Translations under genes and position numbers: made by a program
Notes under the pieces: model-generated
The model's input: only the letters and a program-made list of their open reading frames with translations
What the model was told of the DNA's origin: nothing
The model's database searches: none
Part shown: one piece after another, positions 49,450 to 62,110 of the stretch
Layout: each line of letters begins with the position of its first letter
Position numbering within the stretch: position 1 is the stretch's first letter
Assembly: GCF_964194155.1 (NCBI RefSeq)
Contig: NC_135891.1
Span: 117,676,001 to 117,740,000 of the forward strand
Source of the DNA: Cetorhinus maximus
Taxonomy: Eukaryota
Direction of reading: 5' to 3'
DNA length: 64,000 bases

Positions 49450-51464
49450 AGTTTTTGTTGTAAAAGGGCGCTGAAACAATAAATGGTTAAAATGCTAATA
49501 AGTTAAGCTTTGATACTGTGAGTCTCCTGAGACGGAAAGTAATAAGGAATTTGTCAGCCTGTCTCAGCAATTGATAACACCTCATCCCTGTTGTGTCAGG
49601 AAGTCTCTGCCTCCTTTCTGAGAAATTAATTAAAAACAAAGATACAGTCACACCCAGGAAAGGCTGTTCAGAGGTTAGAAGGCAAGTAGGTACTGTACTT
49701 TGCTTAAGTCAAACAAGATGACTCACTGGTGTGGGGAAGTACAGCGTGTTCGTTATTTTGTATTTTAAGCAAAGACAAATTGACCCAAGCCCATCTGATT
49801 GAAACCATAATCACATCATCTCACACAAGGGTTGTGACACACTTACAAAAGGCACAAATATCTAGTTCAGCTCACAATTGTTGCACTTCCTGGTCATATG
49901 ACCCTGGAGTAAGATAATGGATACCATGGCCATACCTTTATAAGAGTAATCAAGCCTACTGTATCCAAGTGAATATCTAAGGCAGAAACCTAAATTTGCA
50001 ACAGTTAGGTTGAATGATTGCTGGCATGGAGTTACAAGACAATAATTTTGAATTTGTAATTTCAACGCACCAACTTTTGTTGGTCACATTAAACTGTACT
50101 GTCTCCTGTTTGACTCCCCTCCTCTCCTGAAGGTCTTGGTTTTCACTGGGGTACAGCTTCTTGCAGACACTCAAGATGCCATTCTTCAGCTGTGACCCTA
50201 GCTGATGAATGTTTCAGATTATTCTGCCACAGGGGATGATACAGTCTGATCATATATTTGCTCAATACGTATATGTACACACTTTCCAATTTGGGGGCTA
50301 GTGGTGGGGATGGTGATCAGGAGCAGGAAGGCTGGCACAGTTTATTCAGCTTGCACCTGAGTAATTGTTTCCAAAAACTAGGCTGGACAAAGATAAATTT
50401 AAAATAGGTAGCACAAAAATGGCAGCTTCAGAGCACAGTTACTCTCCCAGTAATGCCCCTCAAACAGCTTCCCTGCTGATAATCCATTCAGTTCATTCTC
50501 CATCTTTCTGACAATGTCGACGATGATTGACAACATCTCCTGGACAGCACATTCTTGAAGGGGTTCAATCCAAAACTAATCTGCAGAGACGATATTTCAA
50601 TGAGCAAGTGGCCTATCTCTGGAATGGGCTCCCTAGGGAGATGGTGGATACAGGTAGCATGGATTAATTCAAATGGAAGTTGGTTCAATTTTTTAAAGGT
50701 TCTTTAATATTTTAGGTTTGCAATACCTGAATAATTTGAGGCATCCTGGTGAACAGGTAATTTTGGACCTAGGGGTCCCCAAGCTCTCCACCACTGGGGA
50801 TTTTAATTGGTTCATGTCTGAATTAGCTAATTCTGGCTGGGCATTTGCTAGGTGGATTAGAATTGTTCTCAATACCTTTGGCTAAGGAGTGGGGAAACCA
50901 ATGACAGTTCTCCCTCCTGATCACTAGCCAGTGACTCCCCTTCTTTCCTGGAAAGCGTATGAGGTGGTGGATACAGATTTAATAGTAGAACACGAAAGGG
51001 TTTCAGATAAACAGTTAAGGGGAAAAGATTGTCGGGTTTTGGGGGAGTGGGACTAATTGGATTGCTCTTTGGAAGAGTCGGTGCAGACTCGAAGGGCTGA
51101 ATAGCCTCTTTCTATACTGTACTATTTTAGAATTCTGAGTGCACATTGGCAGGATGAGAGTCAAGTGCGGTGTGTCTCATGGATAAATATTCTGTTACTG
51201 TCTCAGCTAATGCGTGAATACTAGACACTTGGGTGGGGCCATAGATACAGGGATAAACAGAAAAGATACAAACAGAGAGCTGGAGAAATTGACATAAAAG
51301 AAGAAAATACTGGAAAAACTCAGCAGGTCTGGCGGCATCTGTGGAGAGAGGAACAGAGTTAACGTTTCAGGTCAATGACCTTTTTTGTCAGAACAAGGAG
51401 CCATGAAGTTGTGGAATTCAACTTCAGGGTTAGTAGCTGAGGCATAAACTATGTCATGTTTCGG

Positions 51465-51840
51465 GAAGATGGTGGTAATGATGGTAATGTCACCGGACTA
51501 GTAATCCAGAGGTCCAGGCTAATGCTCTGGAGACATGGGTTCAAATCCCACGATGGAAGCTGGTGGAATTTGATTTCAATTAATAAACCTGGAATATAAA
51601 GCTAATCTCGGTGATTTTGACCATGAAACTATTATCGATTGTCATAAAGACCCATCTGCTTCACTAATGTCCTGCCATCCTACTGCACTTGTGACTCTGT
51701 CTAGTCCACTTGTGACTCCGGCCCCACAGCTATGTGGTTGACTCTTAACTGTCCTCTAAAATGTTTAGCTCAAGGGCAATTAGGGATGGGCAACAAATGC
51801 AGGTTTTGCCAGTCATGCTGACATCCCATGAAAGAATAAA
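51465..51840 (+). mobile_element. tRNA-derived SINE with family B LINE tail
   Basis: B box gggttcaaatccc and tail caagggcaattagggatgggcaacaaatgc. Further copies at about 5995-6410 (plus) and 53335-53645 (minus). Confidence 0.8.
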
Positions 51841-52044
51841 GAAAAAAATAGCATTGAAGATCAGTTTGCAAAGTGAATGAAGGAAAAGCCTCTGAAGAGA
51901 TGCGGGAACAGAGCGATTAGGGCTATTTGTCCGTGTGGAGGGTAAACACTCACATAAGTTGGTTGGGCTGAATGGCCTGATTCTGTGTTGGAAATTTCAC
52001 TATATGTGCATAAGGTGGGGAGATAAAGAAACAGTCACACACAA

Positions 52045-52440
52045 CAACAACTTGCATTTACATGCTTCCATAACATAGTAGAACATTTCAAGGCTACATA
52101 GGAGTGGTATCAGACCAAAAGCTTGATCAAAGAGGTAGGTTTTAAGGAGTGTCTTAAAGAAGAAAGGAGAGACAGAGAGTTTTTGGGAGATTATTCCAGA
52201 GTTTAGGACTCAGGTAGCTGAAGGCACGACTGCCAATGGTGGAATAATTAAAATCAGGGATGCTCAAGAGGTCAGAATTGGAAGAGTGCAGGAAGGCTAG
52301 AGGAGATTACAGAAATAGGATGGGGTGAGGTCACATTGAGATTTGAAAACAGAATGAGAATTTAAAAATTGAGGCACTGCTGGACCTGGAGTCAATGTGG
52401 ATCAGCGAGCACAGGGGTGATGGGTGAACAGGATCAGTGC
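52045..52440 (-). mobile_element. L2-type LINE 3' end
   Basis: caacaacaacttgcattta...aaagcttgatcaaagaggtaggttttaaggagtgtcttaaa, the reverse complement of the L2 3' end near 27230. Confidence 0.75.
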
Positions 52441-53938
52441 ACCAGAGGAAGAAAGAGAGACTGGAGGAAACACAGAAGTAAAAAAGATAATTGATGAGCA
52501 GAGAGAGAGAGAGAGGGAGAGAGAGAGACAGGAAGAGAAAATCTTGATGAGAAAGATTGCAGATATAATGAGACCCAAAGGTTCATTTTTTTCTTTTGAT
52601 TTTCACATGTCTGGTGGAACCACGGTGGACTAGAGATTAGAATGGGAGCTGAACCAAGGGCTGGAGAGTAGAACAGAGCTGAATGCTAGCAATGAGTCAT
52701 TTAGATATTTTAACAAATGATGAGAGTTGCTGTTTTGTGCAAGCTGCCAAAACTTATCAGCAACTTCACAGAAGCAGCAGTCGCTATTTTATTTGACATC
52801 CTTTGCACGGAGCGTACGTTTGAGGTTAGGACAGAACCGTCACATTGATTGTGATTGACAGAAAACTAGCTCTTCAATGAAGGAAGAATTGAAGGAAGCA
52901 AATGGATCAGGAGAAAAATAATGACAGCCTGGTCTGCTCTGTAATTGTGTGCTTAAAGAGAATACTGATTGTTAGATGGAATTCAGTTCCTGGAATATAT
53001 CTCCATGTGGCCTGAGCTGCATGTGAAAATAAATAGTGTCGCTAAAGAAAAAAAATATTTTATTTTTCCACTCCAGTATCTTTCACCTTGTCCCCTGGAC
53101 GTAGCTTTTTCCACTTGTGGGAGGGTCGTTAAGCAGAGGACACAGATTTAAGACAATCAGCAAAAGAACCGCAGGGAGATGAGGAAACATTTTATGTACA
53201 CAGCAAGCTATGATGGTCTGAGTGCATTTGCTGAAAGGGTGGTGGAATCACATTCAACAGTGACTTTCAAAAGGGAATTGAAAGGAAAAGGATTTGCAGG
53301 TCTCCAGCAGGGGATTGGGACAAGTTGGATTTAATTCTTTCATGGGATCTGGGTGTCACTGCCCATCCCTAATTGCCCTTGAACTGAGTGGCTTGCTACA
53401 CCATTTCAGAGGGCAGTTAAGAGTCAACCACATTGCTGTGGATCTGGAGTCACATGTAGGCCAGACAAGGTAAGGATGGCAGATTTCCCTCCCTAAAGGA
53501 CATTAGTTAACCATTACTGAAAGTAGCTTAACTAGTTCAAATTCAACCAGCTGCTGTTGTGAGATTTGAACCCATATCACCAGAATATTAGCCTGGGCCT
53601 CTTGTCTACTAATCTAGTGACAATACTACTACACCACCATCTCTCCCAAGCTTGGTTAAAGAGCTGGAACAGGCACAATAAGGTAAATAGCCCCCTTTTG
53701 TGCTATATGATTCTATGAATGCACTGAGGGCCCTGTTGCAATCTGTCTTCATTCTCTGGTATCTCACCTGAGTGATCCTTCTTCAAGATGCCTAAGATCT
53801 ACCAACAGCTTTAGACTAGATCTGACACTCCTAGCGCAATACTGAGGGAGAGCTGCCCTGTGAGAGGCGCGGTCTTTGAGATGAAGCATTTAACCAAGGT
53901 ACTGTCTGGCCTCTCATACAGGCGTAAAAGATCTCATA

Positions 53939-54878
53939 AGAACATAAGAAATAGGAACAGGAGTAGGCCATTCGGCCCCTCAAGCCTACCCCGCCATTCA
54001 ATAAGATCATGGCTGATCTGCCCCAGGCCTCAACTCCTCTTTCATGCCAGCTCCTCAACTCCCTGATATTTCAAAAATCTATCTACCTCCTCTTTAAATA
54101 CTTTCAGTGACCCAGCCTCCTCAGCTGTCTGGGGTAGACAGTTCCAGATATTCACTGTCCTCTGAGAGATGAAATTCCTTCACATCTCAGTTTTAAATGA
54201 GTGTCCCCTTATTCTGTAACTATGTCCCCTAGTTTGAGATTTCCCCACTAGTGGAAACATCTCCTCAACATCTAACCTGTCAAGCTCCCTCAGAATCTTG
54301 TACGTTTCAATAAGATCACCCCTCATTCTTCTAAACTCTAATGAATAAAGTCCTAGCCTGTTTAGTTGTTCTTGATAAGTCAACCCATTAATCCCAGGAA
54401 TCACCCTAGTGAATCTCTTTTGAACTGCCTACAATGCCAGCATATCCTTTCTTAAATATGGGGACCAAATCTGTACACAGTACTCCAGGTGAGGCCTCAC
54501 CAACACCCTGTACAATTGTAAAAAGACTTCCCTATTTTTAAACTCCAACCCCCTAGCAATACAGGCCAAAATTCCATTTGCCTTCTTAATTACTTGCTGC
54601 ACCTGCCTGCTAACTTATTGTGTTTCATGCACAAGAACACCCAGATCTCTCTGTGCTGCACTTTTTTGGAGTCTCTGCCTATTTAAATAATAGTCTGCCT
54701 TTTGATTCTTCCTACCCAAGTGCATGACCTCACACTTTCCAACATTAAATTCCATCTGCCAAGTTTCTGCCCACTCACTCAAGCTATCTGTATCACCTTG
54801 CAGATTCCTTATGTCCTCATCACAACATGCCCTCCCACCTATTTTTGTATCATCAGTAAATTTGGATGCATTACATCT
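53939..54878 (-). mobile_element. CR1-type LINE 3' fragment (copy 1), inside a Deu SINE
   Basis: ASKFTDDTKIGG..MEFNVGKCEVMHLG and GLTYQEQLNRLGLYSLEFRRMRGDLIETYK. Confidence 0.9.
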
Positions 54879-55860
54879 GACAGAATCACACAGAATCAGA
54901 GAGTGCAGAAGAGGCCCTTCGGCCCATCGAGTCTGCACCGACACATGAGAAGCACCTGACCTACCTACCTAATCCCATTTACCAGCACTTGGCCCATAGG
55001 CTTGAATGTTATGACGTGCCAAGTGCTCATCCAGGTACTTTTTAAAGGATGTGAGGTAACCCGCCTCCACCACCCTCCCAGGCAGCGCATTCCAGGCCAT
55101 CACCACCCTCTGGGTAAAAAAGTTTTTCCTCACATCCCCCCTAAACCTCCTGCCCCTCACCTTGAACTTATGTCCCCTCTTGACTGACTCTTCAACTAAG
55201 AGGAACAGCTGCTCCCTATCCACCCTGTCCATGCCCTTCATAATCTTGTACACCTCGATCAGGTCGCCTCTCAGTCTTCTCTGCTCCAACGAAAACAACC
55301 CAAGTCTATCCAACCTCTCTTCATAACTTAAATGTTTCATCCCAGGCCACATCCTGGTGAATCTCCTCGGCACCCCCTCCAGTGCAATCACATCCTTCCT
55401 ATAACGTGGCGACCAGAACTGCACACAGTACTCCAGCTGTGGCTTCACCAAGGTTCTATTCACCAAGGTTCTATACAACTCCAACATGATCTCCCTACTT
55501 TTGTAATCTATGCCTCGATTGATAAAGGCAAGTGTCCCATATGCCTTTTTCACCACCCCACTAACATGCCCCGCTGCCTTCAGAGATCTATGGACACACA
55601 TGCCAAGGTCCCTTTGTTCCTCAGAACTTCCTAGTGTCATGCCGTTCATTGAATACTTCCTTGTCAAATTATTCCTTCCAAAGAGTATCACCTCACACTT
55701 TTCAAGGTTAAATTCCATCTGGCGCTTCTCTGCCCATTTGACCATCCCATCTATATCTTCCTGTAGCCCAAGACACTCAACCTCACTGTTAACCACCCTG
55801 CCAATCTTTGTGTCATCTGCAAACTTACTAATCCTACCCCCCACATAATCACCTATGTCG
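54879..55860 (-). mobile_element. CR1-type LINE 3' fragment (copy 2, young, 291-aa open frame)
   Basis: ISKFADDTKIG...FFTQRVVMAWNALP with no stops. Contains an in-frame 15-bp duplication (YRTLV-NRTLV). Confidence 0.92.
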
Positions 55861-57431
55861 TCTCATAGCCACAATTTAAAGAACAGCAGGGCATTCTCCC
55901 CAGTGTCTTGGCCAATATCGATCCCTCAGTCAGCTAAATTAACTGGTCATTCAACTCATTTGTGGAACCTTGATGTGCATAGACTGGCAATCTTGTTTGC
56001 CTATACAATAACAGTGACCGCACTTCATCAAAATTAGTTCATTGGCATTGAGGCTCTTTGGGACAACTTAAGGATGTGAGAAATGCTACAAAAATGCAAG
56101 TCCTTGCCTTTTCTGAGGGACAGTCATCAAGTCCAATCCTCTCATTAAACAGTCAAGAGTAGGAAGGTTGTACCATTGGAAGAGAACTCTCATAGTGTCA
56201 CATAAATCAGACCCTAGAGTAAAAAGTGCAAAGTAACACCAAATGGTGTTAGTGATTAAATAGATTGAAATTTATGCCAGTTATGCTAGTTATTCTTGGG
56301 GTGTGAGCATGCTGGCAAGGCCAACATTTATTAGTCATCCCTTGTCACCCTTGAGAAGGTGGTTTTTGGCCTACTCCTTGAACCACTGCAGTCCATGTGG
56401 TGAAGGTACACCCACCATGCTATTAAGAAGGGATTTTTACTCAGCAACAGTGGCAGGTGTATTTCCAATTCAGGATGGTGTGTAATTTGGAGGGGAACTT
56501 GCAGGTGGTGGTGTTCCCCTGCATCTACCACCCTTGCCCTTCTAGGTGGTAAAGATCATGGGTTTGGAAGGTGCTGTTGAAGGAGGCTTGGTGAGTTGCT
56601 GCAGTGCATCTTGTAGATGGTGCACACTGCTGCCACTGTGCACTGGTGGTGGAGGATTTCTCTATACTGCCAGCATTCAGTTGTAATACGCCTATGAATA
56701 CTTTTAAAGCCCACATAATCACTGACTAACAAAATTTTTTAAAATGTTTTATATAGAGTGATGTATTTTCAGAAATATCTGTGCTTTTCCATTAAATAAC
56801 TTGTTACATGGGCTTCACAGTCAACTATGGGCTACCAGTTTGTATGGCTGGACCGTACTTCATTCTGATAATCGTGCATGTCCTTGCTTCAAATTGTTGT
56901 CAATCTCCATTGAGAGGGAGAAGAGTTGGACTGACGTGTGCACCACATGGGGAGAGAGGGGAAACAAAAACAGAATTACCTGGAAAAACTCAACAGGTCT
57001 GGCAACATCGGTGGAGAAGAAAAGAGTCGACGTTTCGAGTCCACATGACCCTTCAACAGAACTGAGTGTAGTTAGGAGAGGGGTGAAATATAAGCTGGTT
57101 TAAGGTGGGGGGCAGGGGGAGAGAAGTTGAGGGTGGGGTGGTTGTAGGGACAAGCAAGCAGTGATAGGAGCAGATAATCAAAAGATGTCACAGACAAAAG
57201 GATCAAAGAGGTGTTGAAGGTGGTGATATTATCTAAGAAAAGTGCTAATTAAGAATGGAAGACAGGATACTCAAGGTACAGCTCTAGTGGGGGTGGGGTG
57301 GAAAGACTGACAAGGTATTAGTTGTAGATTTAAAAATAATGGAAATAGGTGGGAAAAGAAAAATCTATATAAATTATTGAAAAAAACAAAAGGGAGGGGG
57401 AAGAAACGGGGTGGGGATGGGGGGAGGGAGT

Positions 57432-59640
57432 TTAAGATCTAAAGTTGTTGAATTCAATATTCAGCCCGGAAGGCTGTAAAGTGCCTAGTCGGAAGATGAG
57501 GTGCTGTTCCTCCAGTTTGCGTTGGGCTTCACTGGAACAATGCAGCAAGCCAAGGACAGACATGTGGGCAAGAGAGCAGGGTGGAGTGTTAAAATGGCAA
57601 GCGACAGGGAGGTTTGGGTCTTTCTTGCGGACAGACTGCAGGTGTTCTGCAAAGCGGTCGCCCAGTTTGCGTTTTGTCTCTCCAATGTAGAGGAGACCGC
57701 ATTGGGAGCAACAAATGCAGTAGACTAAGTTAGGGGAAATGCAAGTGAAATGCTGCTTCACTTGAAAGGAGTGTTTGGGCCCTTGGACGGTGAGGAGAGA
57801 GGAAGTGAAGGGGCAGGTGTTGCATCTTCTGTGTGGGCATGGGGAGGTGCCATAGGTGGGGGTTGAGGAGTAGGGGGTGATGGAGGAATGGACCAGGGTG
57901 TCCCGGAGGGAACGATCCCTGCGGAATGCCGCCGGAGGGGGTGAAGGGAAGATGTGTTTGGTGGTGGCATCATGCTGGAGTTGGCGGAAATAGCGGAGGA
58001 TGATCCTTGAATGCGGAGGCTGGTGGGGTGATAAGTGAGGACAAGGCGGACCCTATCATGTTTCTGGGAGGGAGGAGAAGGCGTGAGGGCGGATGCGCGG
58101 GAGATGGGCCGGACACGGTTGAGGGCTCTGTCAACGACCGTGGGTGGAAAACCTCGGTAAGGAAGAAGGAGGACATGTCAGAGGAACTGTTTTTGAAGGT
58201 AGCATCATCAGAACAGGTGCGACGGAGGCGAAGGAACTGAGAGAATGGGATGGAGTCCTTACAGGAAGCGGGGTGTGAGGAGCTGTAGTCGAGGTAGCTG
58301 TGGGAGTCGGTAGACTTGTAATGGATATTGGTGGACAGTCTATCATCAGAAATTGAGACAGAGAGGTCAAGGAAGAGAAGGGAGTGTCAGAGATGGACCA
58401 TGTGAAAATGATGGAGGGGTGGAGACTGGAAGCAAAATTAATAAATTTTTCCAGGTCCCGATGAGAGCATGAAGCAGCACCGAAGTAATCATCGTTGTAC
58501 CGGAGAAAGAGTTGTGGGAGGGGGCCGGAGTAGGACTGAAACAAGGAATGTTCCACATACCCCATAAAGAGACAGGCATAGCTGGGGCCCATGTGGGTAC
58601 CCATAGCCACACCTTTTATTTGGAGGAAGTGAGAGGAGTTAAAGGAGAAATTGTTCAGTGTGAGAACAAGTTCAGCCAGACGGAGGAGAGTAGTGGTGGA
58701 TGGGGATTGTTCGGGCCTCTGTTCAAGGAAGAAGCTAAGGGCCCTCAGACCATCCTGGTGGGGGATGGAGGTGTAGAGGGATTGAACATCCATGGTGAAG
58801 AGGAAGTGGTTGGGGCCAGGGAACTGGAAATTGTTGACATGACGTAAGGTGTCAGAGGAATCACGGATGTAGGTGGGAAGGGACTGGACAAGGGGAGAGA
58901 GAAGGGAGTCAAGATAATGAGAAATGAGTTCCATGGGGCAGGAACAGGCTGACATGATCGGTCTGCCAGGACAGTTCTGTTTGTGGATTTTGGGTAGGAG
59001 GTAGAAGCGGGCCGTCCGAGGTTGGGCAACTATCAGGTTGGAAGCTGTGGGAGGAAGATCTTCAGAGGAGATGAGGTCAGTGACAGTCCTGGAAACAATG
59101 GCTTGATGTTCCGTGGTGGGGTCATGGTCCAGGGAGAGGTAGGAGGAAGTGTCTGCGAGTTGACGCTCAGCCTCCGCGAGGTAGAGGTCAGTGCGCCAAA
59201 CAACAACAGCACCACCCTTGTCAGCGGGTTTGATGACAATGTTGGGGTTGGACCTGAGAGAACGGAGTGCAGTAAGTTCAGAGAGAGACAGATTAGAATG
59301 GGTGAGAGGAGCAGAGAAATTGAGACGGCTAATGTCACGCCGACAGTTCTCAATGAAAAGATCAAGAGAAGGTAAGAATCCAGAGGAAGGGGTCCAGGTG
59401 GAGGGAGAATATTGGAGGTGGGTAAAAGGATCCGTTGAACGGGGAGAGGACTCCTGCCCAAAGAAGTGAGCACGGAGACGAAGACGGCGGAAGAAGAGTT
59501 CAGCATCGTGCCGAGCCCGAAATTCATTGAGATGAGGGCATAAGGGTATGAAACTAAGTCCTTTGCTGAGCACTGAACGTTCAGCATCGGAGAGGGGAAG
59601 GTCAGGGGGTATAGTGAATACGTGGCTGGGGCTGGGATTG
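57432..59640 (-). pseudogene. PLE reverse transcriptase plus GIY-YIG ORF, frameshifted
   Basis: IKPADKGG, FYLLPKIHK, GRPI, MDVQSLYTSIPH, GVAMGTHMGPSYACLFM, LRYNDD and NLVYCICCSQCGLLYIGETKRKLGDRFAEH motifs. Frameshifts near 58385, 58158 and 58005. Confidence 0.92.
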
Positions 59641-60852
59641 GCCGCTTCCTGTAAGGACTCTATCCCATTCTCTCAGTTCCTTCGCCTCCGTCGCATCTGT
59701 TCTGATGATGCTACCTTCAAAAACAGTTCCTCTGACATGTCCTCCTTCTTCCTTACCGAGGTTTTCCACCCACGGTTGTTGACAGAGCCCTCAACCGTGT
59801 CCGGCCCATCTCCCGCGCATCCGCCCTCACGCCTTCTCCTCCCTCCCAGAAACATGATAGGGTCCGCCTTGTCCTCACTTATCACCCCACCAGCCTCCGC
59901 ATTCAAAGGATCATCCTCCGCTATTTCCGCCAACTCCAGCACGATGCCACCACCAAACACGTCTTCCCTTCACCCCCCCTGGCGGCATTCCGTAGGGATC
60001 GTTCCCTCTAGGACACCCTGGTCCACTCCTCCATCACCCCCTACTCCTCAACCCCCACCTATGGCACCTCCCCATGCCCACACAGAAGATGCAACACCTG
60101 CCCCTTCACTTCCTCTCTCCTCACCGTCCAAGGGCCCAAACACTCCTTTCAAGTGAAGCAGCATTTCACTTGCATTTCCCCTAACTTAGTCTACTGCATT
60201 TGTTGCTCCCAATGCGGTCTCCTCTACATTGGAGAGACCAACGCAAACTGGGCGACCGCTTTGCAGAACACCTGCAGTCTGTCCGCAAGAAAGACCCAAA
60301 CCTCCCTGTCGCTTGCCATTTTAACACTCCACCCTGCTCTCTTGCCCACATGTCTGTCCTTGGCTTGCTGCATTGTTCCAGTGAAGCCCAACACAAACTG
60401 GAGGAACAGCACCTCATCTTCCGACTAGGCACTTTACAGCCTTCCGGGCTGAATATTGAATTCAACAACTTTAGATCTTAAACTCCCTCCCCCCATCCCC
60501 ACCCCGTTTCTTCCCCCTCCCTTTTGTTTTTTTCAATAATTTATATAGATTTTTCTTTTCCCACCTATTTCCATTATTTTTAAATCTACAACTAATACCT
60601 TGTCAGTCTTTCCACCCCACCCCCACTAGAGCTGTACCTTGAGTATCCTGTCTTCCATTCTTAATTAGCACATTTTCTTAGATAATATCACCACCTTCAA
60701 CACCTCTTTGATCCTTTTGTCTGTGACATCTTTTGATTATCTGCTCCTATCACTGCTTGCTTGTCCCTACAACCACCCCACCCTCAACTTCTCTCCCCCC
60801 GCCCCCCCCACCTTAAACCAGCTTATATTTCACCCCTCTCCTAACTACACTC

Positions 60853-60891
60853 AGTTCTGTTGAAGGGTCTTGTGGACTCGAAACGTCGACT
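60853..60891 (+). ncRNA. Minimal type I hammerhead ribozyme-like motif (mirror copy on the minus strand at 57025-57063)
   Basis: aguu CUGUUGA a GGGUC uugug GACUC GAAA c GUC gacu. Core position 6 is U instead of A. Confidence 0.55.
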
Positions 60892-61899
60892 CTTTTCTTC
60901 TCCACCGATGCTGCCAGACCTGTTGAGTTTTTCCAGGTAATTCTGTTTTTGTTTTGGATTTCCAGCATCCGCAGTAGTTTTTTGTTTTTATATCTATGGG
61001 GAGAGAGGGGGCTCTGTTTCAGTCTGCCACTGTGGAGAATGGTTTACGCCTCTGGCTACCTTCACCCAAGGAGCAAAACCTTCACCCAAGGAAGCTCTCT
61101 GACTTCCTCAGGCTCTGTCTATATGTGCGTCTGTGTCTAGCTGTATATGTGTCTGTTTTTGTCTGTATATGTGTCTGTGTTTCTGCATGCACTGGCTCTG
61201 TCACCCTTGTAATCTTGTTTGCTTCCCCATAAGTTGACAATAGCCTGTGTTTGAGTCTTTCTATCTGAATGAACAAAGACTGAACAAAGATATTGGTACA
61301 AAACGGTGTGTGGCCTTTGTGACCTCAATTCACTTGTCTCCAATCAGCATGATAAATCCCAGTCAAGAACAAAAACAATGCCTCTCTGCCACCTTATTGA
61401 CAAGTAGGATTAATTGGGTGAGCATTCCTGCTGGACTGTTATTGGTGTCAGAGCCTGTGTCCCGCTGTCATTTACTGTGGAGAACCCAATCAAGCTGGAG
61501 AGCCCAGTGACAACATTACCTCACTTCTGCATAGCGTCATTGTGATGGTACCTCCTCTGTCCCTGAAAATAGCGCACTTCCCCTCTAACGTACATTGAAT
61601 CACATTCTCCAGCTTAATATCTGGCTGAGGAACTGGGGGGAAAGGGGCAGTTGGTGCTGATTGCATTCGTTCAAAGAAAGGAGTGGAAAGCAATAGTGAA
61701 CATTTCACATATCGTTGCTTGTTCAGCACTGACATGGAATGCACCATGTGCACAGGGATTTATTGTCAACAAAGGACCCATATAGTGAGTAAAAACATGC
61801 TATAATGTATATAGTTTCATAGAAACCCCTTGATTAGATCCTATCTTGTAAATTACCACCCCCTCCACGCCCTCTGCCTCCTGTTCTGTGCGCTCTCCT

Positions 61900-62110
61900 A
61901 GAAAAAAGTGGCCATGGGACATATTATGCCCACCTGAGAGGGCATGCAGGGCCTTGGTTTAACATTTCATCTAAACGACTGCACCTCTGACAGCACAGCA
62001 CCTCCCTCAGTACTGCATTGGGCATGTCAGCCTAGATTATGGCTTAAATCTCTGGAGTTGGACTTGAACCCATGAACTCCTGACCTAGAGGCCCACTCAG
62101 CCCTGACTGA
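61900..62110 (-). mobile_element. Deu-domain SINE 5' part
   Basis: cagcacctccctcagtactgca and ggacttgaacccatg (B box on the minus strand). Confidence 0.65.

Larger units (their letters stand above)
56962..60995. mobile_element. Penelope-like retroelement, 5'-truncated, with inverted 3' duplication and 15-bp TSD
   Basis: Minus-strand RT and GIY-YIG at 56962-59640 and a plus-strand copy of the 3' 1.3 kb at 59642-60995. TSD atggggagagagggg at 56947-56961 and 60996-61010. Confidence 0.95.

Noticed and set aside
54969-55844. 291-aa ORF as a host gene (likewise 36973-37527)
   Set aside because: C-terminal part of CR1 ORF2 in 5'-truncated copies.
59548-60156. 202-aa ORF crossing the PLE inversion junction
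   Set aside because: Chance fusion of antisense and sense PLE sequence, out of frame for most of its length.
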